Source: Azolla caroliniana (lineage: Eukaryota > Plantae > Polypodiophyta). Taken from it: DNA of 64,000 nucleotides. Under the pieces are notes generated by a model that did not search any database, was not told where the DNA came from, and saw only the letters and a program-made list of their open reading frames with translations. The position numbers were made by a program, and so were the translations under genes. Where the stretch lies: NCBI GenBank assembly GCA_043228905.1, contig JBHGNT010000005.1:9610001-9674000 (forward strand), written 5' to 3'. Below are positions 13,601 to 25,800 of the stretch, one piece after another; the stretch's first letter is position 1; the number at the start of each line of letters is the position of its first letter.

Positions 13601-14006
13601 AAATCCTACCTTGGAGGGAATGACGAAGATGAGGAAAAACTTCTTCATCTTTTCCTGTTTCTTTTTCTTTATCCTCGTCTGTTACTTTTTCATGGAGATC
13701 TCGGAATCTTTCGTATGCGAGGTCTTCTTCTGACACACCAGGTTCGAGGGGAGGGGCAGGGCGGCGTCTGCGGACCCCGCTGAGATCTTGGATGAGGTGT
13801 CGGACATCGAATCGATCGATGAGCAGGGATGGATCACCGTTCCAGGGGAGAAGGGCATCCGGAGAATCAACAAAAGCCGCCAGCGTGTCATCATCGAAGA
13901 GCAGAGCATGTACCCCTGTGATCTGGAACGATGACCACGACCTCTCCTTCTCCTTCTCCTTCTCCTTCTCCATCTCCATCTCCATCTCCTTCGCCAGTGG
14001 CCTCAT
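10693..14006 (-). CDS. SFSWAP: Splicing factor suppressor-of-white-apricot-like protein (DRY_EERY + SURP/SWAP domain, RS/basic tail); exons 14006-13610, 12976-12819, 12459-10693; about 773 aa
   Basis: N-terminal LIDRFDVRHL...YERFRDL; middle exon YQAVPFSY...FVPPFPVP; SURP EKLHQIMAGTAKFVNEHGGQSEFLLKVKQGDNPMFGFL. GT-AG introns with matching phases (397+158+1767=2322 nt). Confidence 0.9.
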
Positions 14007-14645
14007 CGCTTCTCTCTCCCTCGATATCTATCTATATATCTATCTATCTGCGCCTGTCTGTCTGAATTTTGTCTGACCTAACCCTAATCTCTCTCAACAT
14101 AAGAAAAGCAAAGGCTACTCTGCCTATCATACAACTCTGATACAGATGATACAATCTGAATCGACAGAGAGACTTTACTCTGCATTTTCTTTTTATTTCC
14201 GTAAATGCCCCCCCCTTTTCCCTTCTCTCCTTTGCGTTTTCTTCCTTAATTTCCAACAATACCCCCCCCTTAAGAGGAGAAGACCGTCCGTGTTCATTGA
14301 TTACTTACTCAAAGAGTACATATATATATACATACATGTACATATATCTTCTTTGTTGGAGCGAGTAGTATTTACTTACTTACTACTGCGCACACCATGC
14401 ATACCTCGTGAAATAATGAATGGGTTGGCAAATGGGCGTTCGTGGAAAATAACTAGAACCTATGGGCATTGACCGAATTAAAGAATAACTTGTGGTTGTG
14501 ATCTTCGGGGCACAAACCTCTTCCCCGTTAATACACACACACACACACACACACACACGTGGGGCATACATATATCGAACGATTATTTACATATACCCCC
14601 CAAGTACATAAATATACCTATGAAGAAAACATGCAATTCACCATC

Positions 14646-14779
14646 GCTCAAGGTGTACAAATAGAGCATTCTAGAACAATAACAAAAAACTTAGGGTCAT
14701 TTGAGTTCAAAGGCTCAAGGTGTACAAATAGAGCATTCTAGAACAATAACAAAAAACTTAGGGTCATTTGAGTTCAAAG
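14646..14779. repeat. Perfect 67-bp tandem duplication upstream of the SFSWAP-like gene
   Basis: GCTCAAGGTGTACAAATAGAGC...TTGAGTTCAAAG at 14646 and 14713. Confidence 0.92.
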
Positions 14780-15377
14780 AAAATCTCGTGTCTATTCTCC
14801 TTGGTAAATTGCTAACAATTGAGTCGTATTCTTTTTTCAATATATTTGCTCATTCGTTACAGTGTACATCATTGAGTTTTTTTGTTTGGATAATCCTTGA
14901 GAGACTATATAGCAATGTATGTCAAATTGTTGTAGAGGTAGCTTGAAATGACCTTGAAGATGTAAGAAGTTTGAAGCCACCTCGTTCAAATGTTATGATT
15001 TGCTCAATCATGTAGTAGTAGCTCTATGACATGATACCCTCACTTGTTTGTTTGTACTTTCATCACCTTCGTGGCCTATAATAACGTCAAGTTCTTGGTC
15101 TCAATCTTTCTCATTCATTTTGCACATTGGGACTCTTTATCAGTTACATATTGACAAGGGTACTACCAACAATGTTAAATCCAAGTCTCTAGCCTCTAGG
15201 GGGTCTATTAGTTCGTATTAAGATGGATAAACAAGAATATGATATCTCTTTCTTCATACATACACGACAAAGAGAATGTGCTCAACAAAGAATGTGATGT
15301 GCATCCAAACCAAACTCTTCGACTTGACTCTCTATGTCTACCAAAATCAAATGACTAGAGTGTCTCGTTATTGTATG

Positions 15378-15450
15378 TGTTGAGGAGAAGGTCATCAGTG
15401 CAGAAGAACAAACAACATCTGTGATGTTGAAGGACCTGTGTATGAGAATA

Positions 15451-15492
<42 letters not shown>

Positions 15493-18400
15493 GCACAAAG
15501 AAACGTTTTATTTCTTAATAGCAACAATTACAAATGACAATCAACCACTTACTAAAGGTTACAAAGTCACTTTATATAGTGACTATCCTAGGGCAACTGC
15601 CCTTTATGCTATTTACAAAAATAGCCCGAACTTGGGCTGTCCATAGGGACAGTGTGAATACGGCCATTATACACTCGTATTCGACACTCCCCCGTAATGG
15701 GCGTATACATGGGTTATCTGAAACTACAGGTATATACAAGGTTTATCGAACATATCGGTTTTGTTCGAGTCGACAAGATCTGAAGACAGAAGACCGAATC
15801 GGTCAGGTCAGAAAGGCTGAAGCCGATTCTCAAAGAGCCAATGTCGGTTGTCCGAAACCATCCTGTGTTGTGTGCCCGACTTTTTAATCGGACCGATTTT
15901 TCGTTACGCCCATCTGGTGCCAAAGGGACCGGAAGCAATCCGTCGAAAGACACTTGGTCATTCCATTTGCGACATTATCGATTGTGGATATCTTCTCGAG
16001 ACCGATTTTCCCTGAAACGACGCAGTCCCGAACAAAGTGATATCTAACAAAGTGATATCGAACGTCGATATGCTTGGAGGCGTTGTGGTGAACCGGATTT
16101 TTTGACAAAGCAACAACACCCTGACTGTCGCTGTAGACAACTGGAGCCGAGTCGAGGTCGACTTGTCGAAACGTGTGCGCCAGCCGATCGAGCCATAAAG
16201 CTTCTTTTGCCACGTCAAACGCAACTACATATTCCACTTCGGTCGTTGAGGTGGTTGTGCACTCCTGAAGTTTCGACTTCCACGAGATTGCTCCATTGCC
16301 GAATTTGAAACAATATCCAGTTGTTGATTTCCGACTAACCACGTAGCCGGCGAAGTTCGAGTCAGTGTAACCGACTACACCTAAGGTTGAGTTCGGGCCA
16401 AAAAGAATGTCGTGGTCTTTTGTGCCAACTAGATATCTGAACACATGCTTGACTGCGATCGGCTTGGGTTGTGCATGAATCTGTTGGCGACTCCTATGGC
16501 GTGAGAAATATCAGGCCGTATCGCCACCATCGCGTACATAAGGGAGCCGACTGCCGGTGCATACGGTACCGACTTCATATCTTCCCCCTTCGGACCGGAT
16601 GTCGAGCAGTCTCGTTGAGACAGCCGAAGGTTAACGAGAAGTGGGGTCGAAGCAGACTTGGCCGAGTGCATGTTGAAGCGTTCCAAGACACGTCCGATGT
16701 AGTCGGTTTGAGACAAGAAAAGTTGTCGTTTATCGCGATGCCGACTAATCTTCATACCAAGTATGTGTCTTGCCGGACTGAGGTCCTTCATGGCAAACTT
16801 CAGCCGTAGTTTCCGAACGAGTTCGGTGAGCTCTTCGGCATGTCGACCGGAGAGTAGCATGTCATTCACGTAAATGATGATGGAAGACGGGAGACCCGTC
16901 TTGAGCTGTTTTGGTGAAGAGACAATGGTCCTCATCGCTCTTGGAGAAGCCGACCGACTAGATGAAACCATCGAACTTCTTGTACCATTATCGGGGTGCC
17001 TGTTTCAGGCCGTATAAACTCTTCCTGAGTTGGCAGACTAGATGTTCCTGGCCGGATGCCACAAAGCCTTTCGACTGCTCCATATAGATTTCCTCCTGTA
17101 GGTCACCGTGGAGGAATGTAGTTTTTACATCTAACTGAATCAGCTCCAAGTTGCCGGCGGCCACGACGTGGAGCATGAAACAAACAGTGTCATTTTCACC
17201 ACTAGTGAAAAGATTTCGTCGAAGTCGACGCCATATGCTTGTCGAAATCCCTTCGCAACTAATCTGGCCTTGTACTTTGGGTTGGTCAAGTCGGACGTCT
17301 CTTTTAGTCGATAGACCCACTTACACAGAAGAGCATGTCGATTCTTCGGTAATTCAACCAAGTCCCAAGTCTTGTTTGCGCGAATGGAGTGCATTTTTGA
17401 CTCCATCGCCAGATGCTAGGTGGCTGAGTCGGTAGATGCCGATGCTTCTTCATAAGACGTCGGTTCGCCGGCATCGGTAAAGAAAATTCCGGGAGAGTAC
17501 CTTTCTGGAGGTTGCGACAATCTCTCAGATCTTCGAGGTATGATTGGACTGGTCGCCCTAGGAATAGGTGTCGGATGGTCGGAAGCCGAGCCATTCGGCT
17601 GTGCTGAATCGGTGGATTCAGGACGGGAGGTGTCGGCTACTCGTGAAACCGATCTCGTGTTGTGGGTTGGGACTTCATGAAGGATTGGCACTTCAGAAAA
17701 TATTACCCTTCGGACTTCAATAGGCCTTTTGGCTGTTTTATGCATAGCCGACTCGTTGAACACGACGTCCAAACTTCGAATGATTTGTCTGTGCTTGGGG
17801 TCCAGAGTCGGTATCCGATCTCGCCATCGGGTCCATATCCAAGGAAAACACATTTCCTTGATCTTGGTTCGAGTTTCCGGCGGTCGTCTTTTGGTATGAG
17901 GGCATACACCTCACAGCCGAAGATCCTCAGCTTGTCATAATTCGGCTTACTACCAATCCATGTTTCCTGAGGTATTTTAAGTCCTAGAGGTCTACTTGGT
18001 GACAAATTTATTATGTGTACTGCCGTAAGTAGAGCCTCCGCCTAGAAGCCATCCGACAGTCCGGAGTGTTGGAGCATGGATACTATGCGTTCTTGAATCG
18101 TCCGATTCATGCATTCAGCAATTCCATTCTGCTCCGGACTATAAGGTGTCGTATATTCACGTCGAATGCCGCGTTCCCGGCAAAATTTGACGAATTCGTC
18201 AGATTTGAATTCTCCTCCATTATCGGTTCAGAGACATTTTAGTTTCCGACCGGTCTGGTTTTCGACCATTGCAAGCCATTCGGAGAAGATCGAGAACACT
18301 CGATCTTTGGTTCTAATGGGGTAAGCCCACACCTTCCGAGTCGAGTTGTTAATAAAATTGATGAAGTACGAAGCACCGTCGAGAGACTGATGTGGCATCG

Positions 18401-19300
18401 GGCCACAGACGTCCGAGTGGACCAAATCGAGGGGACTCGATTCTCTTGGTGCTGATGTCGGGTGTGATGCGGCTACCTGTTTGCCGTACTGGCAATGCTC
18501 GCAGAATTGGTGATCCGAGAAGGAGAGCTTGGGGATGTAACCGGCTCTGGATAGGTGCATTATGCCAGCCTTGCTGAGGTGTCCAAGTCGGCCGTGCCAT
18601 AACGATGACACGAGGATATCAACCAAAAACATGTCACCCTCTTTGAGTGTGACATATAAAGGGTACAAAGAGTGTACCTTTGGTCCTCGAGCAAGCAGGA
18701 GGTTCCCTTTGTGGAGTGTCCACCCTCATGATGAGAACCCGTCACGGATGCCGGCTTCGTCAAGTTGTCTGACTGAGATCAAGGGTCTTGAAAGCTCAGG
18801 AACGTGTCGGACATTGTGTAGTACGAGTGTAGAGCCACCCGGAAGGTTGAGCTCTACGGTGCCGATTCCGATTATGGCACAGTGTTGCGAGTTTCCGACT
18901 CGAATTGAGTCGGAGTGCCGGTCTGAGTATTGCCGAAACTGAGATTGGTGAGGTGTCACATGATACGATGCGCCCGAATCCAGGAGCCATGTGCTCGATT
19001 CTTCAGTCGTAAGCAGAACTTTTGATTCGATTGTGTTCTCTATGAACAATATGTTCGGGTCGGTCGTCAAAATTTCGGTTGAAGAGCCGACGTAGTTGAC
19101 CTCCTCATGTCGGCTACTCTTCTGATCCGCTCTCTGAGCTTTGTCGGTTTTTGCTTTGAGTGCCCGGTAGTCGGCTTTGATGTGTCTTGGTTTCTTGCAG
19201 TAGTTGCAGATTCGGTTGTCCCGGGACTTGCTCCGGCTTCGCTGATTGTTCGGCGGTTGGGAAGAGCTTCTTCCCCGGTCGTTCGATTGGTCAGTCGAAC
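15378..19300 (-). mobile_element. Ty1/copia element A, 3' part (3' LTR 15378-15686, PPT, RNase H, RT, integrase, protease, gag C-terminus)
   Basis: Copia domain order; left flank GTATG (15373-15377) is the reverse complement of CATAC (34693-34697) flanking its 5' LTR. Confidence 0.95.
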
Positions 19301-22300
19301 TGACGAGAAATATGCGGAATAATCTCCGGCCACAACCGAAGCGTAGATCACTTGATGACAATCAAACACAAAAGAAATGGGAATAGAGGTAAGTACACAA
19401 ACAGAAAGAGAGTACACAGGATGTTAACGTGGAAAACCCTAAGAGGGAAAAACCACAGGAGTCCACAGACTCCAAACTATCACTATGTCAAGGAGTACAA
19501 TAGGGAGCATAGAGGCAATGACCTTTTGCTCACAATCTTCACCTAGCGGCGGTTACAACAGAGACACAATCTCTGTATCGCTCTCTCTCTCTTACACGCA
19601 GTGTACAGAAATTACACCAATAACTCTATCATTTTCTTTTGAGTTTGCCCTAGGTCATATTTATACTAATATGACTTTCGGGCTATTTACAAATATAGCC
19701 CCAATGGGCTCTCTGGAACATATTTACATATATGTCCCTTCCATCCGATGAGAGGTTCTCACCGGGCCTGCAACATCCGGTTCTCACCGGGTCTTCCGTT
19801 GCCGGGTACTCCACATCCGGTTCTCACCGGGTCTTCCGTTGCCGGGTACTCCACATCCGGTTCTCACCGGGTCTTCCATTGCCGGGTACTCCACATCCAA
19901 TTCTCACTGAGTCTTCCGATGTCGGGCCTTCGTATCCCATCCGGAGGGACTGAGATCCTAACAAACTCCCCCTTCACTCTGGCGTGGGATGCCTCGTCAA
20001 TCCGATCCGCTTTTAGCATGTGTCTAGCTTGTCGAGAGTCAGCACCTTGGTCAGCATATCCGACCCGTTCTCCTCCATGTGGATCTTCGTCAGCACGAAC
20101 TCTCGGTCTTCTACTCGCTCCTGAATCCAGTGGTACCTCCGCTAGATGTGCTTCGTCCTGGAATGATACATTGCGTTCTTCGCAAGGTGGATGGCACTTT
20201 GACTGTCGCAATAGAGCCGGTATTCCTCTTGCTGGATCCCTAGCTCTTCGATGAAGTCCTTCATCCATAGTATTTCCTTGTCAGCTTCCACAGCCACCAT
20301 GTACTCCGTTTCCGTGGTTGACAACGCAACTGTCTTCTACAGCCTCGATTGCCACGAAACAGCTCCCCTTGCATATGTCCTGACATATCCGAATGTTGAC
20401 CAGCTAGTATCTGCATCAGCCGACATATCTGAATTAGTGAAACCGTCAAGTTCGGGTTTACCGGAGCCAAATCGGAGACACATACTTGAGGTGCCTTTCA
20501 AGTATCAGAGTATCCATTTTACCGCATTCCAGTGCTCCTTGTCGGGATTGCTCATAAACTGGCTCACCACTCCGACTGCATATCCGATATCCGGTCGAGT
20601 ACACACCATTGCGTACATTAGGCTCCCGACGGCAGAGGCATATGGTATCTTCATCATATCCGCCTTCTCTGCCTTCGTCTTCGGGCTTTGCTTACCGGAT
20701 AACCTACAGTTTGCCGGAAGTGTCGATCCGACCGGTTTCACATTTGACATGTTGAACCGCTGAAGCACCTTTGTCACGTACTTCTCTTGTGACAGCCACA
20801 ATTGCTTCGTTGGTCGGTCCCAGATGATATGCATCCCCAACATCTATCTTGTCGGACCCAAGTCTTTCATTGAGAAGGTCCGGTTCAGGGCCTTCTTCAG
20901 CATCCGTATCTTGACTTGGTCTCGCCCGACGATCAACATGTCGTCCACGTACAAGAGGAGTATCAAGAAGTCTCCACCTTCGAACTTCTTCACAAATACG
21001 CAGTGATCGGCCTGCGTCTTGTGGTACCCTTGATTGGTCATGAAGGAGTCGAACTTCCGGTACCATTGTCAGGGAGCCTGCTTTAACCCGTAGAGGCTCT
21101 TTTTTAACCGGCAAACCAGGTGCTCCTTCCCTTTCTTCACAAATCCCTCTGGTTGCTGCATGTAGATCTCCTCTTCGAGGTCGCCGTGGAGGAACGTCGT
21201 CTTCACGTCTAACTGCTCTACCTTGAGGTCCATGCTTGCCGCTATGCTCAGCACCGTCTGGATGGAAGTCATCTTTACTACTGGGGCAAATATCTCATCG
21301 AAGGTCACGCCCTTCTTCTGTTGGAACCCCTTCACCACGATCCTGGCTTTGTACCTTGGAGGGTTGTCGGCATCTCCCGGTTTCAACTTGTACACCCACT
21401 TGTTTCGGAGTGCCCTCTTTCCTTTCGGCAACTCCACCAATTCATACGTGTGGTTCTCATGCAGGGCATCCATCTCGTCATGCATGGCACTCAACCACTT
21501 GCGGCTATGGGTGTCATCCTTCGCTTCTTCGAAGCTTTCCGGCTCCCCCTCATCGGTCAGCAGCACATGCTCTGCATTTGGAAATCTTCGGGGGGCTCTT
21601 CTCTCTCTAAGAGGATATCTCCGTCTTTGGCTTTCGGCAACCGGCTCCTCTATTTGCTCCTCTATTTGGCCGGTTCTGGTTTCAACTTCCTCTACTTCTT
21701 CTTCTGCCGGTTCGGTATCCTCACCGTAACCGGCTAGTTCCTCGAGTGTCAACCGGCTCTTAGCCGGGTGGATCCGAATCTCATCGGAGTTCATTATCTT
21801 CTTCTCTGACTCTCGGTCGGCAAGAGTCTTGTCCTCCATGAAGATAATATCTCGGCTCCGGAAAACCTTCTTGTCAACCGGATCCCACACTCGGTAGCCG
21901 AACTCATCATCACCGTATCCGAGGAATATGCATGGTCGGGTCTTTGGATCCAACTTTCCTCTCCGGTCCTTAGCAACATGCACGTACGCGAGACCCCCGA
22001 ACACCTTCAACTGCCGGTAGGACACTTCCTTACCGGTCCACACCTTTTGCGGCGTGTCTCCATCCAAGGGCACTGAGGGTGATATGTTTATCACATACAT
22101 CGTTGTCGACAGCGCCTCAGCCCAAAATGTCTTGGGTAGTTTAGCATGTGCTAGCATACTCCAAACTCTCTCCATTATGGTCTGGTTCATCCTCTCGGCT
22201 AGCCCATTTAGTTCCGGTGTCTTCGGCACGGTAAATTCAAGCCGGATTCCCTTCGAGCGGTAGTACTCCTCGAACTGCCCCCGATATTCCCCTCCGTTAT

Positions 22301-22820
22301 ATGCTCGAACTGCCTTCAGCTTCCGTCCAGTTTCTCTTTCCACTCTTGTGTGGAGCTCCTTGAAGACGGATAACACCTGATCCTTCGTCTTCAACGGTGT
22401 GGCCCACAACCTCCTACTGTGGACATCTATGAACGTCACGAAGTACTGCGCTCCAGCATTGGACTTTGTGTCTACTTGACACACATCGGTATGCACCAAC
22501 TCCAATGGTGCATTACGTCTCATCGGTGACCTTGATTGGAAGGAGGTTTGGTTTTGCTTACCAGCTAGGCAGTCGGTGCACCTCTCAAGATGCACGTTCT
22601 TCACCGGAATGAGGTTGTCATCGGCAAGCCTCTTAATCCCCTTCATGCTCATGTGACACAATCTCTTGTGCCACAGCTCACCGACAGTGTCAAAAGCCAC
22701 GTTCACTTCTTTCGGGTATAATCGGGCATTCATCAAGTACAATGTGTTGACCTTCCAGGCCCGAGCCACTATCAGGTTCCCTTTGTTGAATTTCATGACT
22801 CCGTTCCGGATGCTACCCAC
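19301..22820 (-). mobile_element. Ty1/copia element B (Tnt1/Tork-like), 3' part: 3' LTR 19301-19963, RNase H, RT, integrase
   Basis: Integrase-RT ORF 21069-22820; LLLYVDDML motif; PPT next to LTR; flank CGAAC (19296-19300) pairs with GTTCG (36211-36215). Confidence 0.95.
19773..19920. repeat. 40-bp tandem repeat (about 3.7 copies) in the B 3' LTR
   Basis: ACATCCGGTTCTCACCGGGTCTTCCGTTGCCGGGTACTCC at 19773, 19813 and 19853; partial copy at 19893. Confidence 0.92.
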
Positions 22821-25800
22821 TGTGTCAGCCCACTGTCAGGGCTTGTATAAAAGTGCTCACTGAGTACATCCTATGTACAGATTGAGTATTATTTTCGAAT
22901 TTAAAGTTCTTGTGTTACTCTCTCCGTCTCTCCTGTGTGTACTGTGCAAACCTAAGCTTTCCATTAAACCTGCGGTTTCTGTTGTTCGGTTTTCCTATAT
23001 TGCTTCCGCACGCCATTCTTTTATCAGAGCGCGAGGGTTGAGAACCTCTACAGTTGACTTTGCTTGAAGGAAAAACCAACGAAGAAGAATAAGAAAACCG
23101 ATGGACAGAGGAATGGCTAGCTCGCTTCCAACGGAGAAGCTCGACAGAACCAACTACGCATCTTGGTCCTACAAGATGCACCAGTACTTGCTCGGACATG
23201 GTTACTAGAGCTATGTCGATGGAGCAAATGACACAACACCCGATTCGACATACAAAGACTTCCCGACGTGGGAACAATTGGCGAGAAGAGTGCTATACTG
23301 CTTCGCGTCTTGTGTGGGTGAACAACTGCTAAGCTACGTTCGGGATGCAAAAACGCCGAAGGGTGCATGGGAAAATCTGAAGAAGATTTTCGCCGCGAGC
23401 ACCACAGCCAGGAAGCTTCAGCTTCGATAGGAGTTGAGCAACCTACGACAACGCGATTTGTTGGTGGCTGACTATACGTCGAGGATTAAGGACATATGCG
23501 ACTCCTTAGCTTCCATCGATGTGAACATCGAGGAAAGCGAGATGATCCAGGTCTGTCTTGGGGGTTTGGCGTCGAAGTTCGGGGCGTTCCGAACTGCAGT
23601 GTGTACCCGGGAGAATACGCCGTCCTTTTTCGACTTACAGTCGATGCTCCTGGTAGAGGAGAACTACGCGGGTGCGTCGACGAGCACGCACACTGACAGC
23701 AAGATGTTGTACACGGAGGGAGAAAGGCCCCGTGGTCGTGGCGGACGAGGCGAGTCGGTACACAATGGAGGTGGCCGACGGGATCAAGGAAGACGACACA
23801 GAAGTTATGCCGACAGCAATTCCGAACCCTCCGGAAACAGGGGGAGTCGAGGCGACGAGAACCAGAAAGGGAAATCCGCCACGGAATGCTGGTACTATGG
23901 CAAGAAAGGCCACAGGGAGAGTGAGTGCTGGAAGAAGCGTGCCGAGTTGGAGAGGTCTGGTTCCGGATCTGGCTCCGGACATACCGACAAAGGAAATCGG
24001 CAGCGATCGCACTACGCCGAAGGATCCGGAAAAGCCGGAAAAGGGTCAGTCTTCGTGACGAGACACGAAGCAAACTCAATGAAGCAATCCGCCCCGAAAT
24101 CAGACGAGGTGTGGTATGTCGACTCCGGCGCGTCAAACCACATGATGTGCCACAAGGAGTGGTTCTCATACCTTGAGAAACCGACGCAACCAGGAGTAGT
24201 CGCAACTAGAGACGACACTCCGCATCCGATCGCGAATGTCGGTGAAGTTCCCTTGAGCCATGTCGGGCAGAAAGGGAAACTTATGAACGTGTTACACGTC
24301 CCGACCATCACGAAGAATCTGGTGTCGGTCGGGCAGATCATCGATCAGGGGATGCAGGTTCGGTTTACGCATCTTGGGTGCTTCATTGAGGAAGAAGGCC
24401 GTATTATTGCGCAAGGGCGCAGAGATGGGAGGATGTTTATCCTCGACTCTACTAACGGTGGCACCGCAATGTTCACGAAGGGACAAAAAGTCGAGTCGGA
24501 CATCGACTTATGGCACAAATGGATAGGCCACGTCAACTAACAGCGGCTTCAAGACCTGCAATCGAAACAAGTGGTGTTTGGATTGCCCAAATTTAGTGGC
24601 CGGAAGGCACAAATTTGTGAAGCCTGCCAGCTTGGGAAGCAACACCGACTTCCTTTCCCAAATGAGCGTAATTGGAGCCGGAACAAGCTAGACTTGATAC
24701 ACTCTGATGTGTGGGGGCCGGCACAGAACGTTAGTCTTGGCGGGAGCCGATATTTTGTCTCCTTCATCGACGACTACACGTGGCACATGTGGATCTACCT
24801 CATTGAGAGGAAAAGCGAAGTCTTCGACTGTTTCCGGGACCTCAAAGGGTTCGTGGAAACGGAAACAGGAAGAAAGATCAAGTGCCTGTGGTCGGATGGC
24901 GGAAAAGAATACTTTTCCGGTCAATTCAACGGTTATCTACAACAGATGGGAATTCAACGCGAATTCAGTTGTAGATACACGCCGGAGCAAAACGGCGTGG
25001 CCGAGAGAAAAAATCGGTCGGTTGTGGAAGCTGCACGCACAATGCTAGAGGAGAAGAGCTTGCCCAAGTTCTATTGGACGGAGGCGGTAAGAACTGCGGT
25101 ATACATCCAAAACCGGATCGGAGAAAAAGTGTCGGCGCAGGAGCTATACTTTGGAACAAAGCCGAACTTGCGACACTTACGATTTTTCGGTAGCATTGCG
25201 TATGTACATGTGCCAAAGGAGAAAAGGAGGAAGTTGGACGCAAAAGCCGAGAAGTGTATCTTGGTCGGCTATTCGGACGAGCAGAAGGGTTATAAGTGCT
25301 ATAACCCGCGTACCAAACAACTGCGCGTGAGCCGCGACATTGTGTTTGATGAGTCCACGTCCTGGTACTTGCCTCCGACTCCGGACCTCACCTCCAATCC
25401 GAGTTCTGACGATGAGGAAAGCGAGGCCGAGGTGCCACCGGCTGAGCCTGGAATCGGAACCCCCGAAGAGAGTCCAATCTCATTTCGGTTAAGTGGACCG
25501 AATGGACGACTGAGTCGGTACGACCAGTCCGATGAAGAGCCGACGAGTAGTGGAGACTCGGCCGTGCATTCCCCGCGTAGGAAACCGAGGAGACGGCTTA
25601 CGCGCGAAGAGAAAGGGAAGCAGAAGGTGTGGGATTCCGGCACGGATAGGAACGAGTCAGACCGACGCGAGTCCGACTCCGAGGGAAGCGGCAAAGGGCC
25701 TTCAGAAACGAAGTCTGCATCGGCCGAGAAGACCTCGACATCGGCAAATGACCGATTACGCCGATCTACCCGCCAAAAGAACCCAGTGGTGCGGTTTGGA

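Noticed and set aside
19773-19920. CRISPR-like repeat array
   Set aside because: Head-to-tail repeats without unique spacers inside an LTR; eukaryotic context; no cas genes.
23486-24205. Long antisense ORFs within C and D (also 25299-25814, 30696-31250)
   Set aside because: Expected by-products of GC-rich retroelement coding sequence; not conserved as ORFs between C and D.
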